Shown here piece by piece: positions 1 through 9,233 of a stretch of DNA of 64,000 nt; position 1 is the first letter of the stretch, and each line of letters begins with the position of its first letter. The DNA is from Thermoplasmata archaeon (GTDB taxonomy: Archaea; Thermoplasmatota; Thermoplasmata; UBA10834). The notes below the pieces were generated by a model. That model had not been told where the DNA came from. It saw nothing but the letters and a program-made list of their open reading frames with translations, and ran no database searches. The stretch lies in NCBI GenBank assembly GCA_041559015.1, contig JBFFED010000005.1, forward strand, positions 2,577 through 66,576, given 5' to 3'. The position numbers and the translations under genes are program-made.

Positions 1-219
1 GTAGCACACAACCTGGTTCAGATCACTGATACCATAAGCGGATGAACTGATGAATCCTGTACCTGCTTGGATGTCTAACGGGACATACACATCCAAGGCG
101 GCCGCGGGTCCAGCGAAGTGGAAGGACCACGATAGAAGGAACAACACCACAAACGTCGATATGAAAGCTCTGCTCACACTCCCGCCAAACGGTCTGCTAC
201 CTCTCACGAATCCTTTCAT
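1..219 (-). CDS. Partial CDS (first 73 codons, runs off the left edge): secreted or membrane-anchored protein with a signal-peptide-like N-terminus
   Basis: Own minus-strand translation from ATG 219-217: MKGFVRGSRPFGGSVSRAFISTFVVLFLLSWSFHFAGPAAALDVYVPLDIQ..., open to base 1. Charged n-region, hydrophobic core, AxA-like site. Absent from the ORF track because there is no stop in the window. Confidence 0.4.
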   Translation of the reverse strand, partial: MKGFVRGSRPFGGSVSRAFISTFVVLFLLSWSFHFAGPAAALDVYVPLDIQAGTGFISSSAYGISDLNQVVCY

Positions 220-598
220 GTCGCCACTTCCCCCCATCAATACGGCCCCTCGAACCACTCCAGGAGTCCGTTTAGACCATGTCCGGAGCTATGCTGGGTA
301 GGTCAAACGGTAGACACGAAGGGAGAAATATAGATTTGTCAACCGGCTGTTGACTTTTCGGTCATGTTCTGGCGCAAATCTTACCCTTTGCGGCTAGACG
401 GCGATTGACGAATACGACCTTCACAGTCGGTTAGATGATTCTCGATCCCGCCCTGATGAAGGCCATCCACTCATATGTGCGTCACAACGGAAACCTTGCG
501 CCAGCCATCTGTGGACCGACTGGCAACTCCTATCATCTTCCTGAACACCGCAAGAGACAATAGGGGAATAGTGCAATCAGTCTCCCCGTCTGGAAGAA

Positions 599-3500
599 AT
601 GACTAATGAACCGACATCCTTGAAGGACCTTGTCGAGTACGCAGCTGACCAGGAAAGGCGATGGAACTGGTCGGGCGCCGCTGACGCCTATGACAAGGAG
701 TTGAAGCAGACGCCCGATGGCGATCATCGACGAATCGGGGACTTGCTCGAGCGAGAAGCCTATGCTCTCCACAGGGCGGGATTCCAGGCTAACACGGTCG
801 CTGAGTTCGAGGAGTTGACCCGAAAGGCGATCCAGGGCTACGCGAGAGCGAAAGAAACTCACAGAGACGCCTCTGAACCTGAAGCGCGCGGCTGGGTCCA
901 CCGCTGCGACGCAATGATTTCCTATCTTGGATACTGGCTTGCCGGAGATTCTGCAGAGAAGAAGAGGATGATCAATGAGGCGTGGAAGCATGCGAAGTCC
1001 GCCCTGAGCGTCTTTGAGGCGACTGGAAGACCTCGAGACTTCTCCATGACCTTCGACCATCTGTCATATGCCGCCGCAATCTCCTATGACTACGACGGCG
1101 AGGCCGAGAGCAGGGAGAACATACTCAGGGAGGCCCTGAGCTGCGCGGAGAAGTCGATAAGATATCTCACCGAACTGGAGGACCCGGAGAGCCTGGCAAG
1201 GGCTCATGCCAAGGCTGCAGGCCTGCTGGTCGCCATTGAGGTAGACTTCGCATCATTCAGCGACAAGGACAAGGTTGACATTGAAGCTTGGAACCACTGG
1301 CTTAAGGCCAAGGAGGCGTCTGAGGAAGCCGCCCTGTTGGAGACCCCGTTCGTCGTCATTCTTCAGTCGTGGCCAGCCGCATGCACCACTGAGGAGCGCA
1401 CAGAGACCTACCTCAAGGCTGAGAGGGTTGCCGAGAGAACCCGTGACCGCTTCGTGCTTGGATGCACGCTGGATGGCTTCGCCCAGCGCAAGTTCCTCAT
1501 GGCGATGGCCACGGACGACCCGCAGGAGGTCGAGTCACTCTCCAAGGAGGGCTTCGAGACTGCCAAGATCTCTCAAGAGAACCTGGCGAGGGTTGGGTTC
1601 ACCTCCCCCAATGTGATATGCGTCTGGATCCACGTTCCTGAAGCTGGGTACTACTACTCCCGCTCCGAGGAGGAAAGGGACCCGAACCTCAGACGAGAAC
1701 TTCTGTACAAGGCGCACCATCCCTGCATAGAGCAGCTGAGCCGGGCAAAGGAATCCGGCTACCCGGATGTCCAGTCTGCTGCGCACTTCATGCTAGGTTC
1801 GGTGTTCAAGGAGCTGGGCAAGATTGAGCCCGGCATCGACATGAAAAAGTCGTACCTCGAACACGCCGTCGAGAATCTCAATGTGGCCATAGCCGAGGAC
1901 AGGCGTATCCATCCCACGGAGTATCTCCCTCAGGGCCTGGACCTACTCAACCTTGCGGAGGCACAGTCGGAGATCGCACATATAACGACGAACGCCGAGA
2001 AGAAGTCGTCCATCCTGAGAGAGGCCGTGAACAGGAAGCAGGAGGCGCTGGCCCTCTGCGAGAAGGAGCTGGACGCCACTCAGGATAACAACCCCGAGAT
2101 CGGCAGCGAGATAGCGGAGGGGTACCGCTCAGCGGGCAACTGGACCAAGGAGCTGTGCGCCATCTCAGATGACAATAGCTGCCTTCTGCTGGCGGCTGAG
2201 TGCCTGGACAAGGCAGTCGTCTGGTATACACGGGCGGGCCTCTCGAGCCTGAGTGCGGAGGTGAACTGGGAGGCGGCGCAAACCTATGATAAGATGGGAG
2301 AGTTCATGAAGGCCTCCGAGAGGTTCGACCGCGCGGCCGAGGATTACAGAAGGGCGGCGCAGAGCGTCCCGCGCCTCGGGGAGTTCTATGCTGATCATGC
2401 CATCTACATGCGAGCCTGGGGCGAGATCGAGAGGGGGAGGCACCATCACGCGAGACAAGAACCAAGGCTGGCTAAAGAATGCTACGAGAACGCCTCTGCG
2501 ATGCACAAATCCTCCAGGCGCTGGAGCCACCTGACCACCAACTACTCCGCCTGGGCCAAGGTCGAACAGGCGGAGGGTCTGAGCAGCAGCGAGAAGTATC
2601 AAGAGGCCATGAACGCTTTCGAAGAGGCTGCGCACCTGTTCCAGGAAGCCAAGAAGAACCTGCACGACCAGCTGACGAAGATCGACGATCCCGCTGAGCA
2701 GCAGTCGACGAGGGACCTCGAGAGGGCGGCGGAGACAAGGAGCAGGTACTGCGAGGCGAGAATAGTCCTGGAGAGGGCCAGGGAGCTCGACAAGCAGGGA
2801 GACGCCTCGGGGAGCGCCAGCAAGTACGGCCAGGCAGCGGCTCTTTTCGACGTCATCCTTGAAAGTCTGGAATTCGAGCAGGACCGCAAGGAGATCCGGC
2901 TTGCGACCACGCTTTCGAAGGCGTGGCAGGCAATGGCCATGGCTGAGGCGGAAGCGTCCCCCGAGAAGTACGAGGAGGCCTCCAGACTGTTCGAGGAGGC
3001 GAGGGGGCTCACCACAGGTGAGAAGCCCAAGCTGCTGATGTCGGGCCATAGCCGGTTCTGCAGGGCGCTAGGGGTCGGAGCGAAGTTCGTCGATACGAGG
3101 GACATCACCCTTCATGCGGAGGCCACGAAGCATCTCGAGAGTGCTGCCGACTCCTACCTGAAGGCGGACCACAAGGAGGACTCAGACTATGCGAAAGCCA
3201 GTAAACTCCTCTTCGACGGCTACGTCCAGATGGGAAGGGCCAGCAGAGAAGAGGACCAGGTGAAGAAGACCAAGCTCTATGCCATGGCGGAGAAGGTCCT
3301 TCAGACCTCGGCATCCATATACGACAGGGCCAGGGAGCCCAGTAGGAGGGACCAGGTTCTCCGGCTGCTCGAGAAGGTCAAGGAGGAGCGAGAGCTTGCG
3401 CTCTCGCTGACAGAGTTGCTGCACGCGCCCGATGCGGCATCGGCCACCGCCGCGTTCCCCTCGCCCACACCCTCCCAGGAGAGTGCGACAGGGCTCGGGA

Positions 3501-3913
3501 GGTTCGAGCACGCGGACATCCAGGTCACCCTGATCATCAACCCGAAGAACCCGATAGTCGGCCAGGAGGTCGAGATAGTGTTCGAGATGACCAACGCCGG
3601 CAAGGGAACGGCCATTCTGAAGAGGGTGGAGGACATCCTGCCAGGAGGGTTTGAGGTCGCCGCCAAGCCAGATACCTGCGCAATCGAGAATCACTCCCTC
3701 GTCATGAAGGTGAAACGCCTCGACGCCCTACACTCCGAGGTCGTGAGGCTGGTTCTCAAGCCCACCTCCAAGGGCAGGTTCGTACTCAGGCCTCGCATCC
3801 GCTATGTGGACGAATCCGGGATCGAGAAAGACCAGGCACCTGAACCTGCCGAGATAACGGTGGTAGAGCTGGGGATCTCAGGGTGGCTCAAGGGGCCGGG
3901 CAAGAGGAGCTGA
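599..3913 (+). CDS. Large helical-repeat (TPR/Sel1-like) protein with a C-terminal beta-sandwich-like domain; function unknown
   Basis: 1104-aa ORF. Repeated helical hairpin motifs (NWEAAQTYDKMGEFMKASERFDRAAEDY, KYQEAMNAFEEAAHLF, KYEEASRLFEEARG). The last ~130 aa are beta-rich (IQVTLIINPKNPIVGQEVEIVFEMTNAGKGTA), resembling CARDB/DUF11-type domains. Confidence 0.75.
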   Translation: MTNEPTSLKDLVEYAADQERRWNWSGAADAYDKELKQTPDGDHRRIGDLLEREAYALHRAGFQANTVAEFEELTRKAIQGYARAKETHRDASEPEARGWVHRCDAMISYLGYWLAGDSAEKKRMINEAWKHAKSALSVFEATGRPRDFSMTFDHLSYAAAISYDYDGEAESRENILREALSCAEKSIRYLTELEDPESLARAHAKAAGLLVAIEVDFASFSDKDKVDIEAWNHWLKAKEASEEAALLETPFVVILQSWPAACTTEERTETYLKAERVAERTRDRFVLGCTLDGFAQRKFLMAMATDDPQEVESLSKEGFETAKISQENLARVGFTSPNVICVWIHVPEAGYYYSRSEEERDPNLRRELLYKAHHPCIEQLSRAKESGYPDVQSAAHFMLGSVFKELGKIEPGIDMKKSYLEHAVENLNVAIAEDRRIHPTEYLPQGLDLLNLAEAQSEIAHITTNAEKKSSILREAVNRKQEALALCEKELDATQDNNPEIGSEIAEGYRSAGNWTKELCAISDDNSCLLLAAECLDKAVVWYTRAGLSSLSAEVNWEAAQTYDKMGEFMKASERFDRAAEDYRRAAQSVPRLGEFYADHAIYMRAWGEIERGRHHHARQEPRLAKECYENASAMHKSSRRWSHLTTNYSAWAKVEQAEGLSSSEKYQEAMNAFEEAAHLFQEAKKNLHDQLTKIDDPAEQQSTRDLERAAETRSRYCEARIVLERARELDKQGDASGSASKYGQAAALFDVILESLEFEQDRKEIRLATTLSKAWQAMAMAEAEASPEKYEEASRLFEEARGLTTGEKPKLLMSGHSRFCRALGVGAKFVDTRDITLHAEATKHLESAADSYLKADHKEDSDYAKASKLLFDGYVQMGRASREEDQVKKTKLYAMAEKVLQTSASIYDRAREPSRRDQVLRLLEKVKEERELALSLTELLHAPDAASATAAFPSPTPSQESATGLGRFEHADIQVTLIINPKNPIVGQEVEIVFEMTNAGKGTAILKRVEDILPGGFEVAAKPDTCAIENHSLVMKVKRLDALHSEVVRLVLKPTSKGRFVLRPRIRYVDESGIEKDQAPEPAEITVVELGISGWLKGPGKRS

Positions 3914-3937
3914 CCGGGATATCTTCGGACAGGCTCG

Positions 3938-4168
3938 TCACTCCGTCTCTCTCCTCTCTCGCTGGAGAGGGTCCGGGGCCGACCACACCCACTTCCCGAG
4001 GACGGTCATCAAAGAGGGACGATATCCGTCCTGACTCACCCAATATGCCACATTGTCACCGATAGGTGCCTCCTCGACAAACCCTCTTCTGGCTAGATTA
4101 TTGACACACAGCTTCACGTCGCCATGCCGGAGGCTAGTGTCCAGAGTCTTTCGCATAGTCATGCGCAC
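3938..4168 (-). CDS. Small ORF, possibly a remnant of a winged-helix protein
   Basis: 76-aa ORF with a GTG start. The segment GDVKLCVNNLARRGFVEEAPIGDNVAYWVSQDG resembles the recognition helix and wing of a wHTH, but the N-terminal helices are missing. Weak. Confidence 0.25.
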   Translation of the reverse strand: MRMTMRKTLDTSLRHGDVKLCVNNLARRGFVEEAPIGDNVAYWVSQDGYRPSLMTVLGKWVWSAPDPLQRERRETE

Positions 4169-4331
4169 GGCTTCTACGGAAACATAGGGTTCCCGAGGAC
4201 TTCCAGAGCACCTGTTGGGGGACCATCTTAGAATGCGCAGAGTCCTGCCCGCCTGAGTCGAATCCCAGAATTGCCTTTGCTCGACTTCGCGTGGGGTAGG
4301 GTTTTTTAGTCGTCTGTCGAATCAGGCCACG

Positions 4332-4892
4332 ATGAGGATCAAGAGATCCGTGCTGAGGCAGAGCTATCCATTCCTGTTCGTCACAGGACTCGGACAGATG
4401 ATAGCGGGCCTGATATTCGGCGGCATGGAGAACTATTTGATCGAGGCGCCTGGACTGATAGTGCTCATCCCGTCGATGATAGGCCTCAGGGGTAACATCG
4501 GCTCCGCGCTCGCCTCAAGGCTGGGGACGGCGACACACATGGGTTTCATCTCCTCGACGAACGCGTGGAACGACAGGTCGAAATCCGAGATGTCGACCGC
4601 CATAGTACTCTCGATCTCCCTGTCAGCAATGGCCGGGCTCGTGGCGTTCCTGAGCTGCGTGTTGCTTGGCCTCGACCACATCTCACTCGGCAACTTCCTC
4701 TTCATATCCACCGCCACAGGGCTTATTGACGGCACGCTCCTCAGCCTGATGACTCTCTCGATAGTATTCTACGCGACAAAGTACGGGGCGGATCCAGACA
4801 ACGTGGCAGCTCCCGCCCTTGCGACCGCTGCCGACATCATCACCCTGGGCGTACTGTTCCTCGTGGTCATTGCGAGCGGGGTGGCGCCATGA
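4332..4892 (+). CDS. MgtE/SLC41-family divalent cation transporter, membrane domain only
   Basis: 186 aa, multi-TM. Motifs GLRGNIGSALASRLGT and PDNVAAPALATAADIITLG are typical of the MgtE transmembrane domain. No N-terminal or CBS domains. Confidence 0.8.
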   Translation: MRIKRSVLRQSYPFLFVTGLGQMIAGLIFGGMENYLIEAPGLIVLIPSMIGLRGNIGSALASRLGTATHMGFISSTNAWNDRSKSEMSTAIVLSISLSAMAGLVAFLSCVLLGLDHISLGNFLFISTATGLIDGTLLSLMTLSIVFYATKYGADPDNVAAPALATAADIITLGVLFLVVIASGVAP

Positions 4893-5458
4893 TGGAGATG
4901 CTCGACCGCATGATCATCCGGTCTACCGTGAAACAGTCGATCCCCGTGCTCCTCGTGGCGCTCCTACTGGGAATCCTCGCGGGGCAGATACTGAATCTCG
5001 CATCGTCGATAATCATCATCCCCTTCGTGCTATTCTCCATCCCGATCGTGAACGGCATCGGAGGCAACCTGGGGACTATCCTCGGCGCAAGGCTCTCCTC
5101 GGAGCTTCACCTCGGTTCGATATCACCCCGCCTAGAAGGCGACGATCTCGAGGACGAGCTCCTGACAGGGGTTACCCTTGGGATAATTACTTATGTCTCC
5201 CTGGCATTCGTTTCGATGGTAGTAGCGCCTGTTCTGGGAGTCGAGATGCCGATCAACCTGGTCAAGCTAGGCGTCCTGATTGCATTCTCAGGCATTCTTC
5301 TCAGTTTCGTAGTGCTCGCGATAAGCATGCTCTCCGCGGTCTACAGCTTCAGGTTCGGGCTGGACCCGGACAACTCGGTCGCCCCTCTGACCGCGAGCTC
5401 GGGCGACATCGCTGGCATAATGTGCATCATACTTGTGTTGCAGGTGGTGGGTATCTGA
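4889..5458 (+). CDS. MgtE/SLC41-family divalent cation transporter, membrane domain only (paralogue)
   Basis: 189 aa. Motifs GIGGNLGTILGARLSS and DPDNSVAPLTASSGDIAG. ATGA overlap with the upstream gene. Confidence 0.8.
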   Translation: MMEMLDRMIIRSTVKQSIPVLLVALLLGILAGQILNLASSIIIIPFVLFSIPIVNGIGGNLGTILGARLSSELHLGSISPRLEGDDLEDELLTGVTLGIITYVSLAFVSMVVAPVLGVEMPINLVKLGVLIAFSGILLSFVVLAISMLSAVYSFRFGLDPDNSVAPLTASSGDIAGIMCIILVLQVVGI

Positions 5459-5556
5459 AGGAAGGAGCGAGGAAGGGCAGGCCGAGGAAATCGAGACCGA
5501 AGGAGTTCGAGGGGCTCCAATACGAGCCGAGGAGCGTCCGCGAGCTGCTGACCGAG

Positions 5557-6105
5557 ATGAAGGACATATCAGATGTCATAGTCGACCTGGCGTACTCAGC
5601 CCTGATATTCGACTCGAAGGAGATGGCGGACGAGGTCAGGGACCTGGAGATAAGGATGGACAAGCTGAACTACCAGATACGGCTGACCGCGATGATCGCG
5701 AGCAGGTCGCTCCACGACGCCGAGAGCCTCACCGGGATACTGCAAATCGCCGAGGCGGCCCAGCACATTTCCGATGCTGCCGGGGACATCGTCGATCTGA
5801 TAAGCGAGGAGATAGACACGAGGCCCTTCCTCCCCTTCGTCCTCAGGAACGCGGACGAGAAGTTCAACGCCGTTAGGGTGTTCCCCGAGTCGGAGTTCGT
5901 CGGCAGGACCATCGCGGACTCGAAGATCGAAACCAGGACTGGCGCCCGCATAATCGCGGTCAAGCGCAGGAGCGGGTGGGTCTTCGACCCGGATTCCAAC
6001 TCGGTCTTGAGAGGGAACGATATCGCAATCATAAGAGGGACGGAGGACGGCTACAAGAAATTCCTCAAGGTGGCGAGAGGGACGCAAGGGGGTGCCGGAC
6101 CATGA
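5557..6105 (+). CDS. Cytosolic regulatory protein, PhoU-like helical domain plus TrkA-C (RCK_C) domain
   Basis: C-terminal part of ORF 4819..6105: MKDISDVIVDLAYSALIFD..., then a TrkA-C-like beta region (FNAVRVFPESEFVGRTIADSKIETRTGARIIAVKR). ATG 5557 is the first canonical start, but conserved residues lie upstream, so the true start may be near 5455 (see findings). Confidence 0.75.
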   Translation: MKDISDVIVDLAYSALIFDSKEMADEVRDLEIRMDKLNYQIRLTAMIASRSLHDAESLTGILQIAEAAQHISDAAGDIVDLISEEIDTRPFLPFVLRNADEKFNAVRVFPESEFVGRTIADSKIETRTGARIIAVKRRSGWVFDPDSNSVLRGNDIAIIRGTEDGYKKFLKVARGTQGGAGP

Positions 6106-6740
6106 CGGACGACAACAAGCCCTCGCAACCAGCACAGGCCGAAGACCTCGGCTTCAGCGAAATCACCAAGGACCTGCTCGAGCTCAAGGACACCTCGGAG
6201 CTAATGGTGGACCTGGCGTACTCGGCTCTCCTGTACGACAACGAGGATATCGCGAACGAGATCATCTACCTCGAGGACATCGCCGATGCCATTGAGAGGG
6301 AGGTCGTGCTCAAGGCACTGAAGGATGTGGAGCACAAGGGGGATTCGCACAGGAGCTTCGTGATGGTGAGACTCGCTCAGGCGATGGAGATGATTGCCGA
6401 CGCTGCGGTGTCGATGGCCGATGTCGTCCTCAGGGACATAGAGAAGAACCCCGTCCTTCGCCTCAGCCTGAGGGATTCGAGGACCAACATAACTGCGGTC
6501 AGGGTATCGAAGTCTTCGTCACTGAACGGTAAGTCGCTCGGAGAGGTCAAGCTCGCCTCTGAGTCCGGCATGTGGATCGTCGCCATAAGGAGGGACAAGA
6601 GCTACATCTACGGGCCGGACGAGAACACCGTGATGAAGGCAGGAGACCAGCTCATCGCCCGAGGACACAAGGAGGGCGTGCCCGTCCTGAGGCAGATGGC
6701 GGGGTGCATGAAGAAGCTGGACCTGGAAGAGTGCGAATGA
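6102..6740 (+). CDS. PhoU-like plus TrkA-C domain regulatory protein (paralogue)
   Basis: MTDDNK... begins at ATG 6102 with an ATGA overlap on the previous stop. LLELKDTSELMVDLAYSALLYD and ITAVRVSKSSSLNGKSLGEVKLASESGMWIVAIRR are collinear with the upstream gene. Confidence 0.8.
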   Translation: MTDDNKPSQPAQAEDLGFSEITKDLLELKDTSELMVDLAYSALLYDNEDIANEIIYLEDIADAIEREVVLKALKDVEHKGDSHRSFVMVRLAQAMEMIADAAVSMADVVLRDIEKNPVLRLSLRDSRTNITAVRVSKSSSLNGKSLGEVKLASESGMWIVAIRRDKSYIYGPDENTVMKAGDQLIARGHKEGVPVLRQMAGCMKKLDLEECE

Positions 6741-6913
6741 CCCAGAGAGCGCCCTTCGATTCGACCTGATGCTGCCCCGAAGAGCGGCCGCTCCCGTGGG
6801 ATAGCCCGGACGTGGAATCCCATCCTCTAGGTCAACGAAGCCCTGCGCCATATCAATAGCCAGACAGCGCAGGCGACCAGCAACCCTGTGCACTTGAACG
6901 GGAGCTGGGGGAA

Positions 6914-7459
6914 GTGACGACGATGAGACAGAGTCCGGACGGAAAGCGGATATACACGGTAGAGGAGCTCGTCCTCGGGAACAAGAACGAGGGCGACAGG
7001 ATATACCTCAAGGAGAAGGCCAAGGGCGAGGCCGCTCCCATGAGGGAGCGCGGGTTGGCTGACGCCGAGGCGAAGATGAAGCTCCAGGACGCCCTCAACA
7101 GGTTCGGCCCCGAGGCCATCAGGGCGCTCGTGGCGGAGGAGCTCGTGCAGATGCAGAAGGAGATCGGTATCGAGACAGCAAAGGCCCTGTCGAGCGCGGA
7201 TCTCAAGGTCTTCGCCGGGGGCAACTCCGCGAGGGCCGGTTTCGACCTCGGGCAGATGATAGAGAGCATGAGCGTCGCGAGCGACAGCTCGGCGCTCTCC
7301 GTCCTCAACAGGCTGGCGAGGCCGAACGACCTCGGGTTCAAGGACATCATGGGTGTCCTCACAGGCGTCATAGACGAGAACAAGGACCTGAAGGCGGAGC
7401 TCTTGAAGACGAAGGAGAGCGAACCCCCTGCAGAGAGCAGGAAGGAGAAGGGCAAGTAG
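6914..7459 (+). CDS. Hypothetical protein, charged and coiled-coil-like with a Lys/Glu-rich tail
   Basis: 181-aa ORF (GTG 6914 or ATG 6923) with protein-like composition. Faint resemblance to flotillin/SPFH C-terminal regions (KVFAGGNSARAGFDLGQMI). No confident family call. Confidence 0.55.
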   Translation: MTTMRQSPDGKRIYTVEELVLGNKNEGDRIYLKEKAKGEAAPMRERGLADAEAKMKLQDALNRFGPEAIRALVAEELVQMQKEIGIETAKALSSADLKVFAGGNSARAGFDLGQMIESMSVASDSSALSVLNRLARPNDLGFKDIMGVLTGVIDENKDLKAELLKTKESEPPAESRKEKGK

Positions 7460-7622
7460 CCCTTCTCCAACCCCTTTTTCTATAAACTGACTTGGGCGGT
7501 CGCCCTCAGTCGTGGGAATGCCCCCTGTATCAAGACAGGCCCTTACAGGGCCGGGGGACTTTGGTTTTAGGACAATCACTCTTATCTGGCCAGACCACGT
7601 AGCAAACTACCGGGCATCACCT

Positions 7623-8063
7623 ATGGGAAAAGCAACCGGCGTTGGCTCGATCATCTTCGGGCTTGTCATGATATTCGTGGGCATAGGCGCATTCTTCTCG
7701 GAGGAGGAATCCTCCCAAACACAAAGTGGCAAGATGGCCATAGGCATAGTGATCATCCTTGGACTAGCCCTCATCTACGGAGGAGTCTCAGCGAGGCAGA
7801 AGGCGGATGAGAAGGCCAAGGCGGCACAGCAGGCTCAGGCCGCCCAGACAGCCGAACCGCTTCCGCCGCCACCCCCGCCGGACGCGACCCCGGAGGCTAC
7901 CTGTCCGCACTGTGGGCGGGAGATACGGGCGGACTTCGTCGCGTGCCCGTTCTGTGGCAAGTCGGTCAAGAGCACCTGCCCCAAGTGCGGGAAGCAGGTA
8001 CAGAGCGACTTCGTGGCATGCCCGTTCTGCGGCGTCCAGCTGGCCGGCTCCAAGCAGCAGTGA
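7623..8063 (+). CDS. Membrane protein with a C-terminal double zinc ribbon
   Basis: From ATG 7623: two TM helices (VGSIIFGLVMIFVGIGAFF, IGIVIILGLALIYGGV), a Pro-rich linker, then CPHCG..CPFCG..CPKCG..CPFCG. Confidence 0.65.
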   Translation: MGKATGVGSIIFGLVMIFVGIGAFFSEEESSQTQSGKMAIGIVIILGLALIYGGVSARQKADEKAKAAQQAQAAQTAEPLPPPPPPDATPEATCPHCGREIRADFVACPFCGKSVKSTCPKCGKQVQSDFVACPFCGVQLAGSKQQ

Positions 8064-8161
8064 GCGGCCGTTCAGCGGAGATTGGACCGCAGCTCAAGGA
8101 TCACGGCTGACAACTGGACCCATGAGTAACATTTTCTAGGTTCCTCTGCGCTTCAGAGCCT

Positions 8162-8734
8162 GTGAGGTCCGAAGGAGCAACACTCTTCGAGGATAGAGGC
8201 GCATGGAGGGATTGGCTCCGGAAGAACCATTCTCGCAAGACCGAGATCTGGCTGCTCATACACAAGAAGAGCGCGGGCAGGGTGGGGGTCGCTTACGAAG
8301 AGGCTGTGGAAGAGGCCATCTGCTTCGGATGGATAGACGGCAAGCTCAGACGGATCGACGACAGGCGCCACGCGATCAGGTTCACCCCCCGCAGGGCCGG
8401 GAGCATCTGGTCCGAGAGCAATCGTGATCGGGCGGAGAGGATGATCAGGAGGCGCAGGATGACGAAAGCCGGCCTCGAGAGCGTGGAAGTGGCGAAGAGG
8501 AACGGCAGGTGGGCCGAAGCCCGTGCCCCGAGGAAGGTTCCGGAGATACCTGACGACCTCGCCGCAGCCCTCAGGGCCGACGACCGGGTTGCCAGGAATT
8601 TCGAGGCGCTCGCGCGCTCATATAAGTCGGCTTATGTGTATTGGGTCTTGGGCGCAAAGAGGCCCGAAACGAGAGCCAAAAGGATACGAGAGGTCGTCGC
8701 GAGGGCGGCCTCGAAAAAGAAACCCTGGACATAG
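8162..8734 (+). CDS. YdeI/OmpD-associated family protein
   Basis: 190 aa. WRDWLRKNHSRKTEIWLLIHKK...EEAICFGWIDGKLRRIDD...FTPRRAGSIWSESN...AKRNGRW matches the pattern of this family. Confidence 0.75.
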   Translation: MRSEGATLFEDRGAWRDWLRKNHSRKTEIWLLIHKKSAGRVGVAYEEAVEEAICFGWIDGKLRRIDDRRHAIRFTPRRAGSIWSESNRDRAERMIRRRRMTKAGLESVEVAKRNGRWAEARAPRKVPEIPDDLAAALRADDRVARNFEALARSYKSAYVYWVLGAKRPETRAKRIREVVARAASKKKPWT

Positions 8735-8812
8735 GACCTGAAGGGGCCGATCCGCCTGGACCAGGAAACCGGGGTTTTCATCTATTTATGCTGGCAGTCC
8801 GTTGTCGGTGGC

Positions 8813-9151
8813 ATGTCCGGACTGATATTCCTATCCACACAGGAGCTGGACGAGACTGTCGGGTTCTACACCTCGAGACTTGGGATGGAGGTCTGGCTGA
8901 AGCAGGAGGACTGCACCATCCTGCGCCATGGGAACCTGATGCTCGGCTTCTGCCAGAGGGAAGTGGTGGACGCTTGCGGCATCATAACGTTCTACTTCGC
9001 CTCGAAGGACGAGGTCGATTCCAGATACGAGGACCTCAAGGACATCGCCGACGGGCCGCCCAAGGAGAACCCGAAGTACAGGATCTACCACTTCTTCCTG
9101 AGGGACCCTGAGGGCAGGCGGCTGGAGATACAGAAGTTTTACGACATCTGA
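8813..9151 (+). CDS. VOC (glyoxalase/bleomycin-resistance fold) family protein
   Basis: 112 aa. FYTSRLGMEV...HFFLRDPEGRRLEIQ are typical VOC beta-alpha-beta-beta-beta module signatures. Confidence 0.75.
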   Translation: MSGLIFLSTQELDETVGFYTSRLGMEVWLKQEDCTILRHGNLMLGFCQREVVDACGIITFYFASKDEVDSRYEDLKDIADGPPKENPKYRIYHFFLRDPEGRRLEIQKFYDI

Positions 9152-9233
9152 CCAGTTATGCAGGCCCCGGGACACCGCCAAGGTGGCGGTTCAGGGCCAA
9201 AGGATTAATCTCCAGGCCTTGATTCTGACAGCC

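Noticed and set aside
50-301. 83-aa plus-strand ORF at the left edge, and the 175-aa minus ORF 533..1060.
   Set aside because: The Pro/Thr/Asn-rich or Arg/Leu-rich translations have no motifs. The first overlaps a more plausible signal-peptide-bearing minus-strand partial gene, and the second overlaps the start of the TPR-like gene.
4819-5454. N-terminal 212 codons of the 428-aa ORF 4819..6105.
   Set aside because: The Arg/Pro-rich translation overlaps the two MgtE membrane-domain genes in another frame. Only the portion from about 5455 onward has PhoU/TrkA-C features.
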